Source: an uncultured Acidobacteriota bacterium (GTDB lineage Bacteria > Acidobacteriota > Thermoanaerobaculia > Gp7-AA8). Taken from it: a DNA stretch of 64,000 nucleotides. The notes under the pieces are model-generated. The model did no database searches and was not told where the DNA came from. It saw only the letters and a list, made by a program, of their open reading frames with translations. Positions within the stretch are counted from its first letter, which is position 1, and each line of letters begins with the position of its first letter. Location: NCBI GenBank assembly GCA_963822445.1, contig CAWGHO010000001.1:1344001-1408000 (forward strand), written 5' to 3'. Shown here piece after piece: positions 1 to 8,700 of the stretch. Made by a program: the position numbers and the translations under genes.

Positions 1-1422
1 GCGGCGCGGCAACGTCCGCGCCTCGGGGACCAGCCACCAGTTCGGCATCCGCGGTTCGAGGAATCCCGTCCCCGCGTAGATCACCGAGATCGGCGCGGTC
101 TCCAGGACGTTCGTGACCACCGTTGTCCAGCCTGGCTTGAGCGCCGCCTGCTGCTCGACGCGGAAGATGTGCTCGGCGAGGGGCGCGTGCGGAACGATCA
201 GGTCACCGAGAGCGATGGTGAAGAAGCCCATCTCGTCGTTCGAGGTCTTCGAGAGATGGACCTCGAAGGTGCGCGGCCGGGCGAGTGGCGGGCGGATCTC
301 GAAGACCTCGTCCTTTTCGAGCGGCGGTTGCGGGAAGACGTAGAAGCCGACGGCTGACGAGACCGTGACGATCTCTCCCGGCGCGTGCGGACGCTTGTAC
401 GTGAACCGGCCTTCGTCGTCTGTCACCGTCTCTTCCGATGAACCGTCCGCGGCGTGCCAGGAGATCCAGCTCTTGCCGCGCGTGGCCACGCGGCCTTCGC
501 GCTTCGCAATGCGGACGAGCGGAAGGCGATGCTGTTTCTTCTCGGTCGCCGTCAGCGTGATTTCATCGCTGCAGGAGTTCTCGTAATCCTCGTGACGGCC
601 GCAGACTCTCAGCTTCCGCTTGGCCACCACCGGCGTGATGACCGCCCGCCCCTCCTCATCCGTCCGAAAGCCGCTCGCGGCGAAATGCGAGCTTCCGGTC
701 TTGGCGTCCTTCACCGCGCCATAGGAAACGCGCGCGTCTTTGATCGGTTGTCCCGACTCGGCATCGACCACCTCGACCTCCAGACGGTTCGAGGGGATCT
801 CGATGTCGTACGCGGCATTCTCGACGGGCGACGGCTCGGCCACGAACAAGTACCGGCGGGACCCGTCGCACGGCTCGACGGAGCCTGTTGGCAAAGGCAG
901 GTACGTGACGGTGGCCACATAGCTACCGGTCTTCGGATCGCTGACGCCGGTGTCGAACACGCGGCCGTAAAACGGCTCGCCGTCCTTCGTGACCTTGCCG
1001 TAGATCGTCGGCCAGCGCACGTCGACGTGCTCCTCCCGCACTTCGCCTTCGTAGACGCGCACGATGCGGTAGATCGGCTCGGCGGTGCCGGCGACGAAGC
1101 GGATGAGATGCGCACCGGGCTGGATGTCACTGAAGATGATCGAGCCCGCGCGATCGTCGGACGACAGCGGCCGCGGTTCCATGGCCTTGCAGTGCTGCGA
1201 TTGCGACACGGCGATCGGTGCCGAGGGATCGCGGCCGGGGCAGATCAGCAGCGTGGCGGTGAACGGCTCGACTCTCCGCGGCTCTTTGCCGCAGTCCGGC
1301 GCCGGCTTGACCATCGCCGTGATGTCGTTGGTCGTCCACCAGTTCACGACCAGCCCTGTCGGCGGCAGTGCATCGGGCTTTTGAAGAATGAGCGCGAGCA
1401 ACAGTGGAAGAAGCGCGTGCAT
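1..1422 (-). CDS. Secreted hypothetical protein with carboxypeptidase-regulatory-like beta-sandwich segments (3' end runs off the window)
   Basis: Not in the ORF track because it is truncated. Manual translation from ATG 1422 (AGGAGG RBS upstream) gives MHALLPLLLALILQKPD..., VEVVDAESGQPIKDARV...TDEEGRA, TDDEGRF; open to position 1. Confidence 0.75.
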   Translation of the reverse strand, partial: MHALLPLLLALILQKPDALPPTGLVVNWWTTNDITAMVKPAPDCGKEPRRVEPFTATLLICPGRDPSAPIAVSQSQHCKAMEPRPLSSDDRAGSIIFSDIQPGAHLIRFVAGTAEPIYRIVRVYEGEVREEHVDVRWPTIYGKVTKDGEPFYGRVFDTGVSDPKTGSYVATVTYLPLPTGSVEPCDGSRRYLFVAEPSPVENAAYDIEIPSNRLEVEVVDAESGQPIKDARVSYGAVKDAKTGSSHFAASGFRTDEEGRAVITPVVAKRKLRVCGRHEDYENSCSDEITLTATEKKQHRLPLVRIAKREGRVATRGKSWISWHAADGSSEETVTDDEGRFTYKRPHAPGEIVTVSSAVGFYVFPQPPLEKDEVFEIRPPLARPRTFEVHLSKTSNDEMGFFTIALGDLIVPHAPLAEHIFRVEQQAALKPGWTTVVTNVLETAPISVIYAGTGFLEPRMPNWWLVPEARTLPRR

Positions 1423-1449
1423 TGCTGACCTCCTGGCCGCAATGGTTGA

Positions 1450-2379
1450 CTATTTTGCGGCGCGTTTCTTCGACGATCGCTTCTTCGAAGTGGTTTTGCT
1501 CTTTTTCTTCGTGCTCTTCGCCGGCGCGCGGCGCGCGGGCTTGCGCGCGCCGCCTGCTGCGCCGCCAAGGCTGCGGCTCAGGACGGCCAGAAGGTCGACG
1601 ACCTCGCCGCCTTCGCCACCCTCTTCGTCGCGACTCTCTTCCGGCGCGCGGACGATGTCTTCTTTCTTGCGCTCCTTCGCCGCGACGAGCTTCTCCAGCC
1701 GCTCGCCGTAGTCGTCGAGGAACTCGTTGAGGTTGAGTTTTTTCGAGTTCTTGGCGATGGCCGTCTCGAACTTGCGCACATCGCCCGCGGCAGCCTTGGC
1801 GATCTTCGGGAGACCGATGTCGCCCGGCTTGCGGATCTCGTCATCGAAGCGGAGCGTCTCCGCACGGAGGATCCCGTTCTCGGCGATGATCGCGACGAGA
1901 TACTCCTTGGCCCGCATCACGAACGTCGCAATCCCGGCCTGCTTCTTCTGCTCCATCACCTCGGCCAGCAGGCGGTAGGCCTTGTTCGTCCCGCCGGTAG
2001 GAACGAGGAAGTACGCGCGGTCGAAGTACATCGGATCGATGCCCGCAATGTCGACGAAAAGCTGCAGATCGATCTCGCGCGATTTGCGCGGCTCGACCGC
2101 TTCGAGCTCCTCGTCAGTCACGACGACGAACTTGCCCTTCTCGATCTCGTAGCCCCGCACGATGTCGTCGGCGTCGAGCGGCTTCTCATCTTTCGAGCAG
2201 ACGTACCGCCGCTCGACCGGCGCCCCGTCGGGCGCGATCATCCGCAGGGAAATGCCGCGCGGCCGCGTCGCGGAGTAGAGCGCGACGGGAACGGTGACCA
2301 GACCGAACGTGATCGTCCCGGTCCAGAACGAGCGAATCCCGCTTGGTCCACCGCTTTCGACTTCGTCTTCTTCAGCCAC
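1450..2379 (-). CDS. ku: Ku (NHEJ DNA end-binding) protein, copy 2
   Basis: RSFWTGTITFGLVTVPVALYSAT, IDPMYFDRAYFLVP, VVDLLAVLSRSL and a Lys/Arg-rich C-terminal tail are typical of bacterial Ku. Confidence 0.95.
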   Translation of the reverse strand: MAEEDEVESGGPSGIRSFWTGTITFGLVTVPVALYSATRPRGISLRMIAPDGAPVERRYVCSKDEKPLDADDIVRGYEIEKGKFVVVTDEELEAVEPRKSREIDLQLFVDIAGIDPMYFDRAYFLVPTGGTNKAYRLLAEVMEQKKQAGIATFVMRAKEYLVAIIAENGILRAETLRFDDEIRKPGDIGLPKIAKAAAGDVRKFETAIAKNSKKLNLNEFLDDYGERLEKLVAAKERKKEDIVRAPEESRDEEGGEGGEVVDLLAVLSRSLGGAAGGARKPARRAPAKSTKKKSKTTSKKRSSKKRAAK

Positions 2380-3193
2380 GTGCTGCCCTCGCTGTCCTCT
2401 TTTGGCGGGCCGGCGCCGCCTTCGTCGCGGCGAGACTGGCCGCCAGCGCGTCGGTGATCTCGTCTTCCTTCACCTTGCGCGGACGGAACACCTTCACCTT
2501 CTGCTTCCCACCGCCCGCGGCCTTCGCTTCGACGAGCTCCAGCACACGTGCGCGGTATTCATCGCGGTATTGCGACGGATCGAACTCGCCGTGCAGCGCG
2601 GTGATGAGCTGCGCGGCCATGTCCACTTCCCGCTTCTGCAGCGGACGACCGGTCGGAGGCTTGAGCGCGTCCGCGGCGATGATCTCGTCGGCGTGCCGGA
2701 GGACGATCAGCATCAGATAGCCATGCTCGGCGCGCAGCGATCCGATGTACTCCCTGTCGCGCATCACCCAGCGGGCAATGCCTTCTTTTTTCTTCTTTTC
2801 GAGCGCCGCCGCGGCGGCGAAGTAGGCCTTCTGATTGCCGTCGGGTCCGAGGTAGTAGGCGCGCTCGTACCAGCGATGATCGATCTCGGACGGACTCACA
2901 AAGCGGGTCACCTTGATCGCCCGCGAATCCTCGGGCTCGAGCCCTTCCAGCTCCTCGTTCTCGAGCACGACCATGCGGCCTCGCGTGAGCGGATAGGCCT
3001 TGCGGACTTCTTTGTATTCGACGGCGTCGCTCGTGCCCGAGGAGACGAGCTTCTGCTTCACGGGCTGCTTGTCGGTCTTGTGCAGCAAGCGGAAACGGAC
3101 CGACTGGTCCTTCACCGCGGAGTAGAGCTTCACCGGCACTTCGAGGCTGCCGATGTGGATGACCCCTTTCCAGATTGCGCGCGCGCCGGCCAT
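2372..3193 (-). CDS. ku: Ku (NHEJ DNA end-binding) protein, copy 1
   Basis: Start re-assigned to ATG 3193 (MAGARAIWKGVIHIGSLEVPVKLYSA); WYERAYYLGPD, FDPSQYRDEYR; overlaps the next Ku by 8 bp. Confidence 0.93.
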   Translation of the reverse strand: MAGARAIWKGVIHIGSLEVPVKLYSAVKDQSVRFRLLHKTDKQPVKQKLVSSGTSDAVEYKEVRKAYPLTRGRMVVLENEELEGLEPEDSRAIKVTRFVSPSEIDHRWYERAYYLGPDGNQKAYFAAAAALEKKKKEGIARWVMRDREYIGSLRAEHGYLMLIVLRHADEIIAADALKPPTGRPLQKREVDMAAQLITALHGEFDPSQYRDEYRARVLELVEAKAAGGGKQKVKVFRPRKVKEDEITDALAASLAATKAAPARQKRTARAARG

Positions 3194-3405
3194 CAGGGTC
3201 CTCCTCCGGGAACGTCGATGCACTGCGAGCAGAGCGTTTCCTCGCCAACGTGCTCGACGCAATGCGGACAGAGCGAGCGATCGCACGCGTCGCAACGCGC
3301 CGTGACCGCACGCGCGTGAGGATGGCCGCAACCGTCACAGGTCTCCTCGTGATGGGAGACCAGCCAGTAGGGGATCAGCTTTCTGAGATTCCTGCGAAGT
3401 GCCAC
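3193..3405 (-). CDS. Small Cys/His-rich zinc-finger protein (B-box-like)
   Basis: 70 aa with CDGCGH..CDACDRSLCPHC..CSQC; its stop overlaps the Ku start (TGATG). Confidence 0.7.
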   Translation of the reverse strand: MALRRNLRKLIPYWLVSHHEETCDGCGHPHARAVTARCDACDRSLCPHCVEHVGEETLCSQCIDVPGGGP

Positions 3406-3439
3406 GAGCTGATCGGCAATGCATCGCCCGCGCCGGGTT

Positions 3440-5701
3440 TCACTTCACGAAGATCTCCACCGAATCCCGCCTCCCCTGCGCATCGACGGCGGTCACGGTG
3501 TGCCGGCCACGCTCGAGCGGCCATTCCGTCGCCACCGCCCGCCCGTTGACCTGCCAGTTCACGCGAGACGCGGCGTTCGCCCGCAAGCGCAGGGTCTGAA
3601 ACTCGCGGCGCAGGGTTGGATCGATGAGGAACGTCGCGCCGTCGGCGGGATTCGAAATGCGCAGATTGGTCGCGTGTTGCGTCGCGCCGGCCGTTCGCGT
3701 CTCCGGATACTCGCGGCGGGCCCAGTCGCGCAGTTCCGGCGGCCAGTCCGTGTACCCGTCGTGATGCCACGAACAGAACTTCGCCGTCTCATCGATGGGC
3801 AGCCATTCCTTTTCGATGCTCGGGCACCAGGGATTGGGGCGGTGTCCCGAGGTCGCGCAGATCTCGATCGCCTCGACGTTCGCCGGCGTGTCGGCGACCG
3901 GGGTCATGTCCCCGATCGGCAGCTCGCCACGCGCGCGCTTCATCGCCGCGAGCATCACGCTGTTGAAGATCGGCGCTGCGCCGGTGACGCCGGTCGACCC
4001 TCGCAAAGGCTTGCGATCGAAATTGCCGACCCACACACCAACGGTCACCTCGCGCGTGTAACCGACCGTCCAATTGTCGTGATAGGCCTGCGACGTTCCT
4101 GTCTTCACCGCGACCGGGAACGGGAAATCGAGCGGTCCGCCGCTGCCGAACGCGAACTCCCGGGCCGCGGCATCGGAAAGGATGTCCGTGATCCAGAACG
4201 CCGTCCGCGCCGACATGAGCTGACGCCCGTCGAGCGCCTTCCCGCCGCGCGCGAAGATCGAATACGCCCGCACCAGTTGCTCGAGCGTCACCTCCGCATC
4301 GCCGAGAGTCAGGCCGAGGCCGTAGTAGTCGGCGGTGCGGTCGAGTGTGTCGAAGCCGCTGTTCCGCAGAAGACGCAGCAGCGATTCCGGCCCGAGCTTC
4401 GCCAGCGTCGCTACCGCGGGAACGTTCTCCGAACCCGCGAGTGCCTTGCGGATTCGCAACGGTCCGCGAAAACGTCCATCGTAGTTCTGAGGCGTGTAAA
4501 CGACACCTTCCTCGGCGGTCGGAAAGTGTGACGGCACGTCGGCGAGGACGGTGGCCGGTGTCTGTCCGTTCTCGAAGGCCAGGGCGTACGTGAACGGCTT
4601 GAGCGTCGATCCCGGCTGGCGCGGACTGACCACGCCGTCGATCGCGCCGCCGAAGTTCGTCCCGAAGTAATCGCCCGACCCTTCCCACGCCAGCCACTCG
4701 CCGGTCTTGTTGTCGAGGACGACCACCGCCGCGCTGTGCGCGCCATGATCGAGGAGCTCTTTGCGGTGCGCGGAGATGATGCCGATGACGTCGCGCTGGA
4801 GACGGGCGTCGAGGGTGGTGCGCAACGGCAGTTTCCGTTCGAGCACGCGCTCCACAAAATGCATCGCCACGACCGGTTGTTGCGCTGGCGTAAACCGCAA
4901 CCTCTCTCGCTTCGCTTCGCTCAGCTCCTCCTCCGCAAATTTCATCGCCGCGAGCACGCGCAACTGCCGCGATCGCGCTTTTTCCGGATCGCGCAGCGGG
5001 TTGAACGCGCTCGGACGTTGCGGCAGCGAGGCGAGAAACGCGGCTTGCGCGGCGGTGAGGTTCCGCGCGGGACAGCCGAAGTAAGCGCGGCTCGCTCGCT
5101 CGATTCCGGTGATGCGGTTTCCGTACGGCGCGAGGTTGAGATATAGGGCGAGCACTTCTCTCTTGCCGAACCGATGTTCGATCCGCAGCGCCAGCACGGC
5201 CTCGCGCACTTTCTGCCGAGGGGTGCGGCCGTCCCGGCCGCGTCGTGGACGTACGGCGGGCGTCCCGCCCGCTTCGCGACGGGCATGATGCCCGTCGCCG
5301 GGCGGGCGGGACGCCCGCCGTACGTTCTCTCCCGCCAGCAGCATCTTCGCGACCTGCTGGCTGATCGTCGATCCCCCTTCCACGACCCGCATGGCCCGCA
5401 CGTTGTGTGTAAATGCCCGCGCTGTCGCAAGCGGATCCACGCCAGGATGCTTGAAGAAGCGCCGGTCTTCCGCCGCGAGCGTCGCGTCGATCACGCGCGG
5501 CGGAAGGTTGTCCGCGGTCAGCCACTCCGCGCGGTTTCCCGTCGACGCCAGCGGCTCGTACAGAACTTCGCCGTTGCGATCGAGCACCGTCAACGACTGA
5601 TGCCTGTCCATCGCCAGCAGCGACTCGTCGATCGGACCGAGGCGCAGCCATGCCGCGAATGCGACGAACGCGATCAATACGCCGAGCGCAATCCGCTTCA
5701 T
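3440..5701 (-). CDS. pbpC: Penicillin-binding protein 1C (GT51 + transpeptidase + BiPBP_C)
   Basis: EDRRFFKHPGVD, GGSTISQQ, SxxK (GSTLK), SxN (SEN), KTGTS; coupled to the A2M gene as in known A2M-pbpC pairs. Confidence 0.93.
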   Translation of the reverse strand: MKRIALGVLIAFVAFAAWLRLGPIDESLLAMDRHQSLTVLDRNGEVLYEPLASTGNRAEWLTADNLPPRVIDATLAAEDRRFFKHPGVDPLATARAFTHNVRAMRVVEGGSTISQQVAKMLLAGENVRRASRPPGDGHHARREAGGTPAVRPRRGRDGRTPRQKVREAVLALRIEHRFGKREVLALYLNLAPYGNRITGIERASRAYFGCPARNLTAAQAAFLASLPQRPSAFNPLRDPEKARSRQLRVLAAMKFAEEELSEAKRERLRFTPAQQPVVAMHFVERVLERKLPLRTTLDARLQRDVIGIISAHRKELLDHGAHSAAVVVLDNKTGEWLAWEGSGDYFGTNFGGAIDGVVSPRQPGSTLKPFTYALAFENGQTPATVLADVPSHFPTAEEGVVYTPQNYDGRFRGPLRIRKALAGSENVPAVATLAKLGPESLLRLLRNSGFDTLDRTADYYGLGLTLGDAEVTLEQLVRAYSIFARGGKALDGRQLMSARTAFWITDILSDAAAREFAFGSGGPLDFPFPVAVKTGTSQAYHDNWTVGYTREVTVGVWVGNFDRKPLRGSTGVTGAAPIFNSVMLAAMKRARGELPIGDMTPVADTPANVEAIEICATSGHRPNPWCPSIEKEWLPIDETAKFCSWHHDGYTDWPPELRDWARREYPETRTAGATQHATNLRISNPADGATFLIDPTLRREFQTLRLRANAASRVNWQVNGRAVATEWPLERGRHTVTAVDAQGRRDSVEIFVK
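5249..5325. repeat. REP-like palindrome inside the pbpC coding sequence
   Basis: Perfect 24-bp inverted arms (5249-5272 / 5302-5325) enclosing a perfect 11-bp inner stem (5276-5286 / 5288-5298). Confidence 0.85.
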
Positions 5702-8700
5702 TACTTCTGAACCTCCACGGTCACTGTCCCGGTCCTGCCGAAGACCTCCGGCTCATACATCTCCTCGACATGCGTCGGCGGCGTCACGAAGGTCCCCGCG
5801 GTCGTCGCTCGCACCAGGTACGTGAACTCGTGATTGCCCTCGCCGAGCCGCGTGGCGAACACGTTCACCCGATTGTCGTGACGCTCGACGTAATCCCACC
5901 CGCCCCGCTCCCACCACATCCAACCGCTCGCCGCCGTCGCGTTCTGCTGCTGCTCGACGAGCGCGCTGGCCGTGGTCGCGAACCAGCTGTCGACCGGCTC
6001 CGTACCGGCGGGAAGCGGATCAGTCACTGCGACGTACCGCCGCTCCTTGGTGTTGCGGATGCGCAGCGTGACCTTGATCAGATCGCCGGCCTTGAACGTC
6101 GTTTTCGGAGTGGAGTTCGCGCCGTCGATCGCGTACGCACGCTCGACCTGGAATCCGGCGTCGAGCGGCTTCAATCCCATGATGTTGCGCGCGTACCGCA
6201 GCCGCAGCATGTAGAAGAGCGTTCCCACGCCTTCGCGCTGGAAGACGATCGACGACGTCCCGGGCCGGCGCAGCAGGTCGGCCATCGAGAACCCTTTCGA
6301 CTTCGCCACGGTCGAGCGTCCCTTGAACGTCTCCGTGGCGATGGTCTCCCCGCCCCAGTTCACGGTGCCGATGAAGTCGGGCACGGTCGCCTCGTACTTT
6401 TTGTAGTAATCGACCAGCGCCTCCATGGCCCACGCGTTTTCCTGCGTGTTCCCCCAGCGCCCGTCTTCGCGGACCTTCATCAGCCAGCGGACCATCCGCT
6501 TGACCAGCTCTTCGTCGGAGCCGTGACGCACGAGCGTGCCGAGGGCGATGGCCGTCGAGCGGATGTTCGAGTTCCAGAACCAGAGCAGGTACGGATCGCT
6601 CAGCTCATTGACGAACGCATGTCCCCCCTCGGGCAGCACGGCGTTGGTGATCCGCCGCTTGAGATCGGTGATGCGCGCGCCGGTCTTTTCGCCCTTCGCG
6701 ATCAGTGCATCGGCGAGGAAGGCGATGCCGAAGACCGGCATGCGATCGCGATACTCGTAGACCCGGTTGAAGTGGCTGTCGGCGTTTCGCCCACCCTCGG
6801 CGAGCACCTTGATCGCGAACGCCTGCCACGACGCGTACGCCGGCATCCAGCCTTCGTTCGTGGGCTTCGGCTCGCCGAGGTGCGTGTCGAGGAAGGTGTA
6901 GGCGCGCTCGAGCATCGCCTTGTCCACCGTGTAGCCGAGCTTCGCGCCGCGCTGGGACACGTGCACGACATAGCTGGTGAGGAACGGCGACGACGGATGA
7001 TCGCAGTGGCCCGGCCAGAAGGCGAAGCCGCCGTCGCCGCACTGGAAGTTCTCGAGCTCACTCAGCGACGTCTGCACCGCCACCTTGTTCTTGCCGGGCT
7101 CGATGCCGGACAGATTGAACTCCGCGCCGAGATCGGTGACGAGCATGAGCGCCAGCGCGCGCGATGAGCGCTGCTCCGCGCAACCGTACGGATACTCGAC
7201 GAGATACCGCGCACCTTCACTGAGGCCGACCATGGCCGTCGAGGCAAGGTCGACGCGCAGGCCGCCGAAGCCGGGAACGACATCGGTCGAAAGGTCAAGT
7301 TTCTCTTCCGCACGTGGATTCGCTTCGCCGTACGCGGCGACGGTTTCCGGCGACACGATCACGCTGACCGGGATCACGTCTTCCATTGCATCGGTCTCGC
7401 GTCCCATGGCGACGCGCATGCGCACGCGGGCCACGCCGACGGATTTCGCGACCGCGTCGAAGCGCACTTCGAGCGGCGTCTTCGGCGCGACGTTGGCCGT
7501 AGTCGTTCCTTTCAACTCGAGGATGTGCGGATCGAGGCTCTCGATCGATACCGTGGCCTTGCCGCCTTTGGTGAGCTGGTTGTGAATGACGCCGCCGAAA
7601 TGCGCCTTGTCGCCGACGGTGAGGAACCGCGGCCACGCCGGCGTGAGCATCAGCGGCTTGTTGACGCGGATCTCGCTGTCCGCGCCGCCGAAGCGCGACT
7701 GTTTGTCCGCGGCGACGGCCATGATCCGGTACGTCGTGAGCGATTCCGGCAGCGTGACTTCGGTCTTCGCGCGGCCTTTCGCGTCGGTGACGAGCGAGCC
7801 GACCCAGAACGCGAGCACGCGGAAATCCTTGCGCAGCGTTCCCGGTCCGGCGTCGCGTCCACCGCCGCCGCCTTCGGTCGCACCCTTCGGCGTGAGAACG
7901 CGGCGGCTGATGATCCGCTGCCGCGAGTCGCCGGTCGCGACCTGCAGGGCCTTGTCGAGGTAGATCGTTTCGAGCACGTCGGGCGTGCGATATCCGGTGA
8001 GTGAGAGCACGCCGTAATCGACGGCCCACAACGTGACTTCGGACTGTGAAGGCTTGCCTTGCGCGTCGCGCACGTTCACTTCGATGGTCGCTTTCGTCGC
8101 GGGGCGGTACTCCTCGCGGTTTGCCTTCACGTCGACGTCGAGGCGCTTGGCCGCGTCTTCGACTTTCAACTCGACGTAGCCGAGGCGGAAAGCGGGCTTG
8201 CCGGGATCACTGCCGTCCTTGCCCGGGTCCTGCTGTGTGCGGCCTTTGACGAGCAGCACCGACACGTAGATGTTAGGGATGTCCTTCTCGGTGATCGGAA
8301 CGGTGATCGTCTGCTGCGTCGAGGTCAGCTCGAACGGCGTCGAGGTGCGCACGCCTTCGCGCTCGGTGGTGAGCAGCGCCGTCGCTTTTTCCCACGGCGA
8401 CTTGACCATGATTCGCGCGGTGTCGCCCGGTTTGTAGGTGCGCTTCTCCGGAATGAGATCGATGCGGTTGTGATCGTAGCGTTCCCAGGCCGTGTAGCCC
8501 TCGCCGACGGCGTAGAACGAAATGCGCGTCGTCGTGGTGCGGCCCTCCGCGTCGCTCGCGGTTGCGATCAGCAGATATTCGCCGCCTTCAGCGAGTGGAA
8601 TGTGCAGCGGGACGGGCGTCGCTTTGGTCTCGACGGTCCATTTGCCGGCGTCGACCTGCTTCCTCTCGCTCTCCCAAGCGTAGAAGCCCTCGCCTTCGGA

